DNA from: a virus
Lineage: Duplodnaviria; Caudoviricetes
Virus record (IMG/VR): IMGVR_UViG_3300028171_000090
Location: 128,001 to 192,000 of that record
DNA length: 64,000 bases
Direction: 5' to 3' (one strand)
The translations under genes and the position numbers were made by a program. Positions within the stretch are counted from its first letter, which is position 1, and the number at the start of each line of letters is the position of its first letter. Positions 29,194-38,340 of the stretch are shown piece by piece. The notes beneath the pieces are model-generated. The model did not search any database. It was not told the DNA's origin and saw nothing but the letters and a program-made list of their open reading frames with translations.

Positions 29194-30681
29194 TTGGTAA
29201 AACTAATAACAGAATTTAAGAACAAAAAAGCAGAGCGCGTATTCAACGTATCGGGGAAAACAATTATTATTGAATTCGATAAGATTTTCAATAACCCTAA
29301 ACTAGCTGACCTGAACACATTCGTACTGAAGAAAAAAAGAGCGTACGCAGATCAGGGAGAACTTACAATTGAGCATTTGAATTACTTCGTAAAGTATTAT
29401 GATGAAGATAATGAACTAATCATGGCTTATCTGAATCTAAAGTTCATGATCGACCGTAAATCTAACTATGGAAAGAAAACATTCATCCGGGACTTATACG
29501 ATTACTTACTATCCGATTCCATGGTAGAGAAGATCAAGAAACTTACTGATGACAACTACATGATTGACTTAGAAGCAAAACTAGGAACGAGTGAGAAACG
29601 TCGTATCGAATCCCTACAGTTCACCAATGAACACGGGAAGGTACTTATGAATGTAAGTACAACGATGAAACTTATGATTCCGATTATTACACATTACATG
29701 TATGTCAATGCGATTGGTAATGTAGATAAATTTATCTTACGTTGCTTTGACTTAATTGCGAGTCACTTCGAATCGGATGATATTGACATTCATAACAAAC
29801 TATACGAAACCGTTACGAGTCGTATCAACCAAACACGTCACTCTGATAGAGGACACTGGCGTCGAGTTGAGATTGAGGGTAAAGACCCATTAGATCAAAT
29901 CGATTCAATCATGGAACGTATCTATGTAAATATTATTAATAAGTATGTGTATGATAAGAACGTTGTATTCTTTAACCATGCTTCATTAAATAATATTATC
30001 ATTCATATTCGTAAAACAAAATCAAAGTACAACTACATGCCGATTACTAATAAGAAGGATGCAGATGGTCTGAGCGATTTCGATAAGATTGAAATCAATA
30101 ACTCTAAGTTTGATGAGTCTTCTGTTATTATCGGTAACATCAATATCCATCAAAGTATTGAGAAACTTCGTAAGAAGTATAAGATTGAATTTGATGATGA
30201 AGAAGTGCAATGGTATGCAGATAAAGTATTTGTACGACCATTCCAACGCGACTTAACATTCCAGTTATTCGCAAGACACTTCGGGTCTGTTCGTGATATG
30301 TACAGTATCAAACGAGTAGAGTATGCGAAACTGATTGTTATCATGAAGCATATGTTATACAAGAAAGGATTCCGTTATATGCAACATATCCTATCAGGCG
30401 ATGTTGTAGAAACAGTGAATCGCAGACCATTGAATAAGAAACAAGTAACAAAGTTACGTGCTAGTTCTCGATACCATAGTGTATTCGATGAGAAGTATAG
30501 TGATAGTATGGAAATATTAGATGCAGGTAACATCATGCATAACTATTTAAATATCATGCTAAACTCTCGTATTCGAATTATGGATTATCAGTTACAAGAG
30601 CATGAGGGGAAAGAGCTAAACATTTCCAAACATCCTGATATCATTATGGACGAGTATTTACGTCTAGTTGAATTAATCTAG
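29194..30681 (+). CDS. candidate promoter-specificity subunit of non-virion RNAP (AR9 gp226/phiKZ gp68-like)
   Basis: 495 aa, helical, two genes after the chaperonin as in AR9 (gp228 chaperonin, gp226 subunit); TTG start with GGAGG SD; function inferred from synteny only. Confidence 0.45.
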   Translation: MVKLITEFKNKKAERVFNVSGKTIIIEFDKIFNNPKLADLNTFVLKKKRAYADQGELTIEHLNYFVKYYDEDNELIMAYLNLKFMIDRKSNYGKKTFIRDLYDYLLSDSMVEKIKKLTDDNYMIDLEAKLGTSEKRRIESLQFTNEHGKVLMNVSTTMKLMIPIITHYMYVNAIGNVDKFILRCFDLIASHFESDDIDIHNKLYETVTSRINQTRHSDRGHWRRVEIEGKDPLDQIDSIMERIYVNIINKYVYDKNVVFFNHASLNNIIIHIRKTKSKYNYMPITNKKDADGLSDFDKIEINNSKFDESSVIIGNINIHQSIEKLRKKYKIEFDDEEVQWYADKVFVRPFQRDLTFQLFARHFGSVRDMYSIKRVEYAKLIVIMKHMLYKKGFRYMQHILSGDVVETVNRRPLNKKQVTKLRASSRYHSVFDEKYSDSMEILDAGNIMHNYLNIMLNSRIRIMDYQLQEHEGKELNISKHPDIIMDEYLRLVELI

Positions 30682-30691
30682 GAGTGGTAGT

Positions 30692-31750
30692 ATGAAAGCT
30701 TATACAAGTAATAAAGATTTGGAAAGATATAGACAAGAGCTTGCAAGACAGCTCTTGTCTATTCCTCTTGCCCATTGGTCATCTGGAGATAAAGAGATTA
30801 CATTCCGTTGCCCATTCTGTGGGGATTCTAAGAAGGATAAGACGAAGACTCGATTCAATGTCTTTATGGCATTTACAGAAGATAAACCTCCAGTGTACCA
30901 ATGCTTTAATAATAACTGTGGGGCAAAGGGTGTACTAACAGTTGACTTACTGAAAGACTTGCAGATTAATAACTTCAGCTTAATGAATATGCATAATATA
31001 CATATGTCAGGTATGAAGAAGTCTGTACGTAAACGAGTATTCATGGAAGGTATGAAGTTGGATTTAAATATTCCGATGCCTGTCATGAATGACATTACCA
31101 TGCATAAGTTATCGTACTTTAATAACCGCATGGGATTAGAACTAACAGGGAAAGACTTACTGAAGTATAAGATAGTCGTGAATCTATATGACTTCTTAAA
31201 CCGTAACTATATTAAGGAGCGGACTCGTAAGAAGTATATCACAGATGCATTAGACAAAGGATACTTCGGATTTCTATCAGCAGACAATAACTATCTTATT
31301 ATGCGTAATACAACGAATAAGATAGATAACATATTGAAACGTTATATTAACTACAATGTCATGGGGAATGAAGAGAACGTTCGTAAGTTCTATATCATGC
31401 CAAATACAGTAGACATTATGCAGGATATAGACATTCGTATTACCGAAGGTATCATGGATATCATTGGTGTATATAATCATGTCATGAATCGAAATGATGA
31501 GAATAATCTATATGTCGCTGCATGTGGTAGTGGAATGGAAAGTGTTATCCGTTATCTATTACGCTTAGGTTTTATTCACTGTAACATTCATATCTACTCT
31601 GATGATGATGTGAAGATAGAGGAATACAAAAAATTAAAGAAACGTCTAAAGGGTAAATTCAGCGGTACACTAACTGTTTACTATAACAAGATAAAGAAAG
31701 ATTATGGTGTACGAAAAGATGAAATTGATACGTACAAGATAATAATCTAA
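30692..31750 (+). CDS. DNA primase (T4 gp61-like)
   Basis: Zn finger CPFCGD...C...C; TOPRIM motifs ITEGIMD and YSDDD. Confidence 0.88.
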   Translation: MKAYTSNKDLERYRQELARQLLSIPLAHWSSGDKEITFRCPFCGDSKKDKTKTRFNVFMAFTEDKPPVYQCFNNNCGAKGVLTVDLLKDLQINNFSLMNMHNIHMSGMKKSVRKRVFMEGMKLDLNIPMPVMNDITMHKLSYFNNRMGLELTGKDLLKYKIVVNLYDFLNRNYIKERTRKKYITDALDKGYFGFLSADNNYLIMRNTTNKIDNILKRYINYNVMGNEENVRKFYIMPNTVDIMQDIDIRITEGIMDIIGVYNHVMNRNDENNLYVAACGSGMESVIRYLLRLGFIHCNIHIYSDDDVKIEEYKKLKKRLKGKFSGTLTVYYNKIKKDYGVRKDEIDTYKIII

Positions 31751-31760
31751 AGAAAAAGAG

Positions 31761-33101
31761 GTGTCTGATATGGGGAAACTGAATGAACAGGTTGGCTTCA
31801 TTAAAGACGCGATAAAGCATAGACAGGAGCTAGACTTTACTAGCTATAGCCGATTCCTAGAATCGGCTCCTATCTTTATCACGTACTACAAACAGAATAC
31901 AGAAGAATCTACGATGGATTATGGTACACATAATACACAAGTATTTATTGGACAAGATTCTTCCATTCGTTATAACAGAATCAAAGAGGTTCCGTTATAT
32001 GGTCTGAATATGACACAGATAGATATATCTGAGAATGAAACAGGTACAACATCTTCTTTCGAATCAGAAGGGATTATGCTGCCTGGTACATTTAGTCCAA
32101 TACCAAATGATTACTTCCAGATTGATTACATGGGTAAAGAGATTGTATTTAAAGTTACGAATGTCGTAGCAGGTACAATCAAATCCAATGAGTATGTCAA
32201 GATTGAATTTAAGTTCAATCAAATTCTGGAAGACCATGAGCAAGAAAAGCTAGACCGACAAGTAGTATCTGAGAATACATTAATCTTAGATAATGTCGGA
32301 ACGGATAATAAAGCTATAGTTAGCGATGATGCATACAAACGACTCGATACATTAAAGCGTTTGTATGAAAAATTATCTGGTGACTATATTGATCATTTTT
32401 TTGTATCTGAAGTGAATTCTTTCATTGTCGAGTATCCCGTTGGGATAGCAGAAAGAAATGACCCCGCATACAATATCTATTTAACAAAGTTTATGATTCG
32501 TCATAACTTGTTTAGCTGTAGTGATAGCCGTGATACTTTATACTTGGATATCGAGGTAACACCTCAAAGAAAGTTCAAGTCAGACTACAATAATACAATC
32601 TTTAAGTCTGTAGAAGCGCGCTATAAGTATGATGTAGACAAGGTGTTGAACCACCAATTCTTCAATTTCATCAACGAACAGACAAGTATATTCTTTGAGC
32701 GTAGAACGGAGTATATGTGTGTAGAATTGACTCCATATAAACTTCCATTCTATGGACCAATGTTAAGTTGGGAGATTGTAAAAGAATTAGCTGATGCTGA
32801 TATTATCCCATATAAGATGGAATACAACGTTGAGATACCTGAAGAGAACAAAGGTGAAGACCATTACTTCTCTTGCCAAATTGTTAGACCTTCTAAGCCA
32901 ATCTATAACATGCAGTATGAATTGATTCAGATTATCAAGAATCATTTAAATCATAAGAAGTCTAACTTAACAATAGACTATATGAAAACTCTAATGGAGT
33001 ATGGTCAGATTAACTATGACCCTGATACTTTTATCCTACTTCCATTAGCCCTATATATCATACAATTTGAGATGAACCAGATTCAACATAAAGAAATATA
33101 A
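31761..33101 (+). CDS. probable virion structural protein (neck-like)
   Basis: 446 aa; PxPNDYF...VFKVTNV pattern recalls gp14-like proteins. Confidence 0.4.
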   Translation: MSDMGKLNEQVGFIKDAIKHRQELDFTSYSRFLESAPIFITYYKQNTEESTMDYGTHNTQVFIGQDSSIRYNRIKEVPLYGLNMTQIDISENETGTTSSFESEGIMLPGTFSPIPNDYFQIDYMGKEIVFKVTNVVAGTIKSNEYVKIEFKFNQILEDHEQEKLDRQVVSENTLILDNVGTDNKAIVSDDAYKRLDTLKRLYEKLSGDYIDHFFVSEVNSFIVEYPVGIAERNDPAYNIYLTKFMIRHNLFSCSDSRDTLYLDIEVTPQRKFKSDYNNTIFKSVEARYKYDVDKVLNHQFFNFINEQTSIFFERRTEYMCVELTPYKLPFYGPMLSWEIVKELADADIIPYKMEYNVEIPEENKGEDHYFSCQIVRPSKPIYNMQYELIQIIKNHLNHKKSNLTIDYMKTLMEYGQINYDPDTFILLPLALYIIQFEMNQIQHKEI

Positions 33102-33113
33102 TTGAATCCTTTC

Positions 33114-33125
33114 AACATAATTGTA
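33114..33125 (+). promoter_or_regulatory. late promoter AACA-N6-TA
   Basis: AACA TAATTG TA. Confidence 0.6.
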
Positions 33126-33149
33126 ATAAACTCTATAGGAGGTTTTATC

Positions 33150-33446
33150 ATGCTAAATGATTTAAAGAATGAATTATTGAATCGTGACCGTGTTATCGAG
33201 AACGAATCTATTTTAGCAGAAGCTTCTGGTGAAGCTCCAGAGGATAAAATGATTGAAAATATGGCTGCTCTAAATGACGGAGACCTTTCTCCTGAAGAAG
33301 AACAACAATGTGAAGCTGTATTAAAAAATATCCCTGAGTACGAAGAAGCGAACGAAGACATCACGAAAGAAGATGTTAAAGCTGCTAATCGCGTTCATGA
33401 ACCAACAATCGAAGAATTGGCTGAAAGCCTAACAATTATCGAATAG
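33150..33446 (+). CDS. small acidic late protein
   Basis: Start moved to ATG 33150 (SD AGGAGG); ILAE/A site. Confidence 0.65.
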   Translation: MLNDLKNELLNRDRVIENESILAEASGEAPEDKMIENMAALNDGDLSPEEEQQCEAVLKNIPEYEEANEDITKEDVKAANRVHEPTIEELAESLTIIE

Positions 33447-33460
33447 TAGGAGGAGAAGAA

Positions 33461-33811
33461 ATGAATGTTCAAACGAAAAAAGTTACTGTCCCTCATCATG
33501 GCACTTTACATGTACTTAACGGTATGCAAGGACCAATCTTGGAACCTGCGAAACTCCCATTGGACAGAGTACGTGCTCTTGTCATCACTGGAATCAAAGT
33601 GATTGAGCATCTAGAAGATGGAACTCAAATCGAGTTAAATCGCCGTAACGTTGAGAAGGACAACTCTCACCTGCAAGAGTCTTTAAAGAAAGCAGAAAAA
33701 CCTGCTCCAGTTGTTAAGCCTAATGAGCAACAACAAAAGCAAAAAAATAAAGAAGAGTTTGTTAAAGACAACCGTAAGCAAGACGGTAACAAAAATAACA
33801 AACAAAACTAA
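33461..33811 (+). CDS. hypothetical protein
   Basis: 116 aa, AGGAGG SD, K/N/Q-rich tail. Confidence 0.7.
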   Translation: MNVQTKKVTVPHHGTLHVLNGMQGPILEPAKLPLDRVRALVITGIKVIEHLEDGTQIELNRRNVEKDNSHLQESLKKAEKPAPVVKPNEQQQKQKNKEEFVKDNRKQDGNKNNKQN

Positions 33812-33822
33812 CAAAAAAATTA

Positions 33823-33862
33823 ATAGATGTAGACTATGCCTAATGGTGTAGTCTACATCTAT
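33823..33862. terminator. bidirectional terminator
   Basis: 18-bp stem (two G-U pairs on +), TAAT loop, T-tracts on both strands. Confidence 0.75.
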
Positions 33863-34708
33863 ATTTTTCTTTTTCATCTTTTTATCTCTCTCTTTTTTAT
33901 CTTGGAATGTTTTTGTTTATTAGTTTTTCTCTGTTTTAATTCGTTTTATATTTTTTATATATCTGTTTTCCTAGATGAAATGATCCCCATCATCCATCTG
34001 GATGCAGGTGAGTCCCTACGTCACCCGCGGAATGATACCCTCCGTGATGTTATATTCTAAATATATCATTCCTGAATACTTTTTTGTCTGTTTTGTGAAC
34101 TGAATAAACATAATATATTAAAGTTTCTCCTCTCCGAGAAACTTATACAATTTTACCCATATTTTGTTACACTCGCTATCTCTCTCTTTCTTGTTGAATA
34201 CGTCACATGCTGTAGACATTAGAACGTTTCTCTAAATTTCTACCTACATTCCCCAAAACCGTACAGAGTATAAAGCTTTCCAATGACTTAGTGGTGTCTC
34301 CGAATAATCCTTCTCCGATTACTCTTCTCCTCCGATAGTATCTCCGTCCATCATTGCTTCACACCCCCTCTCGTAAGAGGGTGTGAAGGTATAGCTTTAC
34401 ATCTTAGTAAATCTTGTCGTGTTTGGGATGTAGTAGTTGTTACATAGCCGATGACCTGATTATAGCCAGGCATCCGTTTTAGACCTAATTAATTAGCCTT
34501 AACGTTTTTAGTCAAGGGGTTTAAGAAGTGTTAGCCTAGTAGTCTACACTAAGCTCGTCTAGCTATAAATAACATTACTACCACTATCATATATCTCTTT
34601 ATCCCACACCTGTAATAAGTACTCCTCGATGTAATCAATTGAAAATATACCTCCATCTTTTTTAGTATGGAGCGTTTAGCATAGTAGTAAAACCATTATC
34701 AACACTCG
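33863..34708 (-). ncRNA. putative large structured non-coding RNA
   Basis: No credible ORF; early-like promoter at 34706-34723; terminators on both sides; many hairpins including a UACG tetraloop; six CGGAG motifs. Confidence 0.5.
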
Positions 34709-34723
34709 TATATATAATGTGTG
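34706..34723 (-). promoter_or_regulatory. early promoter-like motif (variant)
   Basis: CACACATTAT ATATA CGA. Confidence 0.4.
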
Positions 34724-34759
34724 CTTAAATAACGGTTTATTACTATTTTATAAAAAGGT

Positions 34760-34786
34760 ACGAATAGGGACATAATCCCTATTCGT
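34760..34786 (-). terminator. intrinsic terminator after beta' N gene
   Basis: 11-bp stem ACGAATAGGGA/TCCCTATTCGT overlapping the stop codon, then a T-tract. Confidence 0.7.
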
Positions 34787-36359
34787 CTTTTGTTAATGCA
34801 TAGAACGTTTGTAAAGCTTCGTTTTCGGTACTACGGATGTTCGAGCCTGATACGTTTAGAATATTTGTTTTATTCTTAATCAGCCTGTCCAATTCACGGT
34901 TTGATTCAACACTGAATACACCACGAATTGTTACTTGGTCACCGTCATAATCTCCACCTAAACCTTTTAGGTATAAGTTAGAGATATTCAGAGTCTCAAC
35001 AAACATCGTAGATACATGTGATGTAGGTAGTTCTAAGTCTACGTATGGATAACGTTTATAGAACTTACCATTGATTACAGCTGGTATAGTACGTGTTGTA
35101 GACAGAACTGTTATCTTATTTGGAAAGATTCCAAGATAGTCCTGTAGAGGGTAGCGCGTTATTAAAACGTGCTTATCCGCACATACTTCCGTTGCTGCTA
35201 AGAATAATATATCAGTCCATGTTGCAGGTCTATTTACAATGGTAGAAGATTCTGTAACCTCACCATTCTTACCTACACCATAACGTCCAGATATACGTAA
35301 CTTCAAGTTCAATCCTTCACTATTCTCTAGTGGGATTGTCTTGTATCGGTCAGCATAAGAGTGTACATATAAGTCAATACATTTGGTAATGTATTCATCA
35401 TTATATTGCTCAACGTTCGTTAGCTGTACATTTCCTAGCTCACCGGTTTTCCTACGTATCGGATAATTATCTTTACGTAGTACGATTTCTTTATAGAAGA
35501 AATCTTTTACCCATTTAATAATATAAGGAAGGAAGTTCGTTACTGCCATTGAGAGTGGTAACCCGCAACGGTAGAAGGATACTTCCATATCTTCCGGCGT
35601 TTCATCTTTAAATAATGGAGTAGAGATTACGGCACGTACACCATAGTCAACACTTTTACCCATTACGAACTGACGGAACATTCCGTGCTTCCCTTTAATT
35701 TGGAATGTAAAGTTATTATAGATTTCTACTAATAGATGCTGTATCTTTAATCGAGTACTGTCACCTACAATAGATAATCCCGAGTTATCGTTCTTTAAGG
35801 CAGAACATAACCGAAGTAACTTTGCATACATTTTGTTTTCTTCACCACTAGATAGTTTACCTTTGTCCATCTTATCCAATTGGATGTCTCGATAGAACGC
35901 TGGTTCTACTATCCAGAATTTGGTAAATATTTCATTCATTTTAAGACCTTTGATTAAATCAACACGGTCTGTACGAGATAAGCTCGCACTCTTTTTAAAC
36001 TTAATCTTGTGGAAATTACGTACTAGGAATGGTAAACCTGTTTGTCCGTTTTCTTCATCGACAACAATGTCTCCTTCTCCTGTAATACGTACGTGTATAT
36101 TTCCTGCAATAATTTCTTCGAAACGTCGGTCTAGACGTTTCAATACTTTATATACATAAGGATGGAAGAAGTTCTCGTTCAAACTTATGTATGCAAAAAT
36201 ACCTTTACGATCTTCGACTGTACGTCCGAAGATTTCAGTAGATAGAAGTCCGTCTACAGTCGGTATGTTATCACGTTCGATTAGAATCGGATTACGTACT
36301 TCTTGTAGATTATTCACTTGAATAAACTTCTCTACATTAAATATATCAATATTCATCAA
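34779..36359 (-). CDS. rpoC: RNA polymerase beta' N-terminal/catalytic half, probably virion RNAP
   Basis: GLLSTEIFG, GKHGMFRQFVMGKSVDYGVRAVI, catalytic GGDYDGD. Confidence 0.9.
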   Translation of the reverse strand: MMNIDIFNVEKFIQVNNLQEVRNPILIERDNIPTVDGLLSTEIFGRTVEDRKGIFAYISLNENFFHPYVYKVLKRLDRRFEEIIAGNIHVRITGEGDIVVDEENGQTGLPFLVRNFHKIKFKKSASLSRTDRVDLIKGLKMNEIFTKFWIVEPAFYRDIQLDKMDKGKLSSGEENKMYAKLLRLCSALKNDNSGLSIVGDSTRLKIQHLLVEIYNNFTFQIKGKHGMFRQFVMGKSVDYGVRAVISTPLFKDETPEDMEVSFYRCGLPLSMAVTNFLPYIIKWVKDFFYKEIVLRKDNYPIRRKTGELGNVQLTNVEQYNDEYITKCIDLYVHSYADRYKTIPLENSEGLNLKLRISGRYGVGKNGEVTESSTIVNRPATWTDILFLAATEVCADKHVLITRYPLQDYLGIFPNKITVLSTTRTIPAVINGKFYKRYPYVDLELPTSHVSTMFVETLNISNLYLKGLGGDYDGDQVTIRGVFSVESNRELDRLIKNKTNILNVSGSNIRSTENEALQTFYALTKDE

Positions 36360-36362
36360 GCA

Positions 36363-36698
36363 TCAGCCTTTCTCAAATGTAAGCGTAACTTTTAAACCAT
36401 CAGTCTTCTTGTGTACGAAGTATTGTCTACCTTTGTACATAATAGATTGTTCCGTACACTTACAGAAGGCTTTAAATGATTTTGCCGACGGAAAGTCGAT
36501 GGTGAACTCTAATTGTCCTTTACGGACAATATTAGCTTTCGCGAAATGTTTTGGCTTTAAATCTTTAGGTACAATATTTTTTAGTAATATAAAATGTATG
36601 AATTCCTCTAATAATGTATTGCAAGTAATAGAATCAACTAACCCATCTTGATCATGAGTTAGTTGATTGAAAAGTGCGATGTTGTCGATTTGTGACAT
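36363..36698 (-). CDS. hypothetical protein
   Basis: 111 aa, GAGGAG SD. Confidence 0.7.
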   Translation of the reverse strand: MSQIDNIALFNQLTHDQDGLVDSITCNTLLEEFIHFILLKNIVPKDLKPKHFAKANIVRKGQLEFTIDFPSAKSFKAFCKCTEQSIMYKGRQYFVHKKTDGLKVTLTFEKG

Positions 36699-36730
36699 TG
36701 GTTTCTCTCCTCAACATACACTAAAAGTCA

Positions 36731-37024
36731 TCAGACCCCTCCGCGTTCAATCGTAGCCATTAATTCTCGAGCCTGCTGTTCTCGTCCATCGTCCTGCTTC
36801 ATAGAGCGGATTCTGGCTTCCATCCGCTCTAGCAGTTCTTTCTTAGTCATCTTTTCTAAGTCGTTGAGGGTAATGTCACCACGAAATAATCGTAGGACAG
36901 CATCCTCGAAATCATAATGACCCTTTATTATAGATTGGAAGTTCGGAGCTGATGTGTCGTAAAAAGCAACGTTTCCATTGAAGGAATCTCCATGTCTTCG
37001 ATCTTCTTGTTGCAATGTGGACAT
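36731..37024 (-). CDS. small baseplate assembly factor candidate (gp51-like); start uncertain
   Basis: Follows gp26-like gene; overlaps it by about 97 nt. Confidence 0.35.
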   Translation of the reverse strand: MSTLQQEDRRHGDSFNGNVAFYDTSAPNFQSIIKGHYDFEDAVLRLFRGDITLNDLEKMTKKELLERMEARIRSMKQDDGREQQARELMATIERGGV

Positions 37025-38325
37025 ACTACATCACGGAAACCAAACTTGATATGATATTTATCAATGATTTTCTCAATGTGAGTAGATAGTTTCACATCAT
37101 CGTGCTCATCTAATGAAGATAATTCTGCAAACTTATCTTCGAAGTCTTCTAATGCAACATACTGACCATCAACAGGGTCTAATACATATACATTCTCGAT
37201 GAATGGTAAGATGTTAACTGTTACTTCATCTTCCGTCATCATTTGTTGTGTAACGTTTTGTAGCACGTCGTTTAATTCATTCCATAGAGATGGATGACGA
37301 AGGTCTACAATTGTTTTACAATGATCTAAGTAAACACGTTCGATTGTATTTACTTCAGAGTTTTCTAGTAAGTCTTTTGCATTGTTAATACCTTTAACTA
37401 CGCTTAGGATAGACTCAGCAGTAACTTCATGCTTGTCATCGATAAACATTAGGCGAGAATTTGGATACTCATATTCGAACTGAGAACCACAGCCTTTGTT
37501 TGTACAGCGCATTGGATATTTGTTAGAGTCTTGGTACGTACTACAGAATAATCCGAAGTATATGATATTAATTTCTAATAGTGATGTACAACGTAAGAAC
37601 TCTTCATAAGACATTGGTCCGATACTTGTGTCAGCAATCTTCGAAAACATTTGATTGAATCGATATTCAGCTGCACGGTATGCGTCCATACTATTTAACG
37701 TTGTAGCAATATTACGTAACTCTGGAGAAGAGTAACCTTTCATAGCCGCAGCCATTCCCGTATTAGGCATAATGATTTGAGTTGTAGCTTCATTACGAGA
37801 TTTACGGATACGAGCGTATGCAGTTTTACCTCCAGTTTTTGTTTTCTTAATACGAATAGAGTTTAAGTCAATTGCCGGAGCAGCTTCCTTTTTCTCTTCT
37901 TCTTCAGGTTCTTCTACTTCAACGATTTCATCTTTGAAGTTACCTTTTTTAACATCAGCAATGTTTGCTTTAGGCTTTTCATCCTGAATGTCTTGTAGTA
38001 ATTGCTTTTTAGCTTGAGCTTCTTGCTGTGCAATAATTTGGTCTTCTGAACCGTATGCACCTGCAAGTTCTTGTGCTTCTTGTTCCATCTCTCGTAAACG
38101 AGCAGTCATTCCATCTTCTTGTCCAGGCATAACACCTGGGTCTTGGAATGCTTGTGGTTCAGTACCAGGAGCTTGCGGTACTTGAGTTTCCTCTGCAACT
38201 GGTGCTGGAGGAGCTTGTGGAACCACTGGTTCTACTACAGGTGTTACACCTGCTTGCTCTTGTAAAGCATTTTCATGTGCAGCTTGTCCAGCTACTAAGT
38301 CTTTTAAACTTGTTTCATTTGACAT
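36928..38325 (-). CDS. baseplate hub assembly protein (T4 gp26-like) with acidic N-terminal extension
   Basis: YFGLF...RCTNKGCG and C-terminal CPHC; next to gp25-like gene. Confidence 0.5.
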   Translation of the reverse strand: MSNETSLKDLVAGQAAHENALQEQAGVTPVVEPVVPQAPPAPVAEETQVPQAPGTEPQAFQDPGVMPGQEDGMTARLREMEQEAQELAGAYGSEDQIIAQQEAQAKKQLLQDIQDEKPKANIADVKKGNFKDEIVEVEEPEEEEKKEAAPAIDLNSIRIKKTKTGGKTAYARIRKSRNEATTQIIMPNTGMAAAMKGYSSPELRNIATTLNSMDAYRAAEYRFNQMFSKIADTSIGPMSYEEFLRCTSLLEINIIYFGLFCSTYQDSNKYPMRCTNKGCGSQFEYEYPNSRLMFIDDKHEVTAESILSVVKGINNAKDLLENSEVNTIERVYLDHCKTIVDLRHPSLWNELNDVLQNVTQQMMTEDEVTVNILPFIENVYVLDPVDGQYVALEDFEDKFAELSSLDEHDDVKLSTHIEKIIDKYHIKFGFRDVVCPHCNKKIEDMEIPSMETLLFTTHQLRTSNL

Positions 38326-38340
38326 TGATTGTTTCCTCCT

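Noticed and set aside
33836-34060. 74-aa Phe-rich ORF that looks like a membrane peptide
   Set aside because: Starts inside a terminator hairpin, has no SD, and its composition follows from the T-rich strand
33863-34708. tRNA, tmRNA or RNase P RNA
   Set aside because: No cloverleaf, GGTTCRA T-loop, CCA end or GAGGAAAGTCC seen by eye; a covariance search is still needed
34701-34712. Plus-strand AACA-CTCGTA-TA late-promoter match
   Set aside because: Points antisense into the end of the RNAP gene with no downstream ORF; likely chance, though antisense control is not excluded
33863-34778. Group I intron interrupting the RNAP beta' gene, as occurs in AR9
   Set aside because: The gene ends at a plausible split point followed by its own terminator; no downstream exon or intron core motifs recognised
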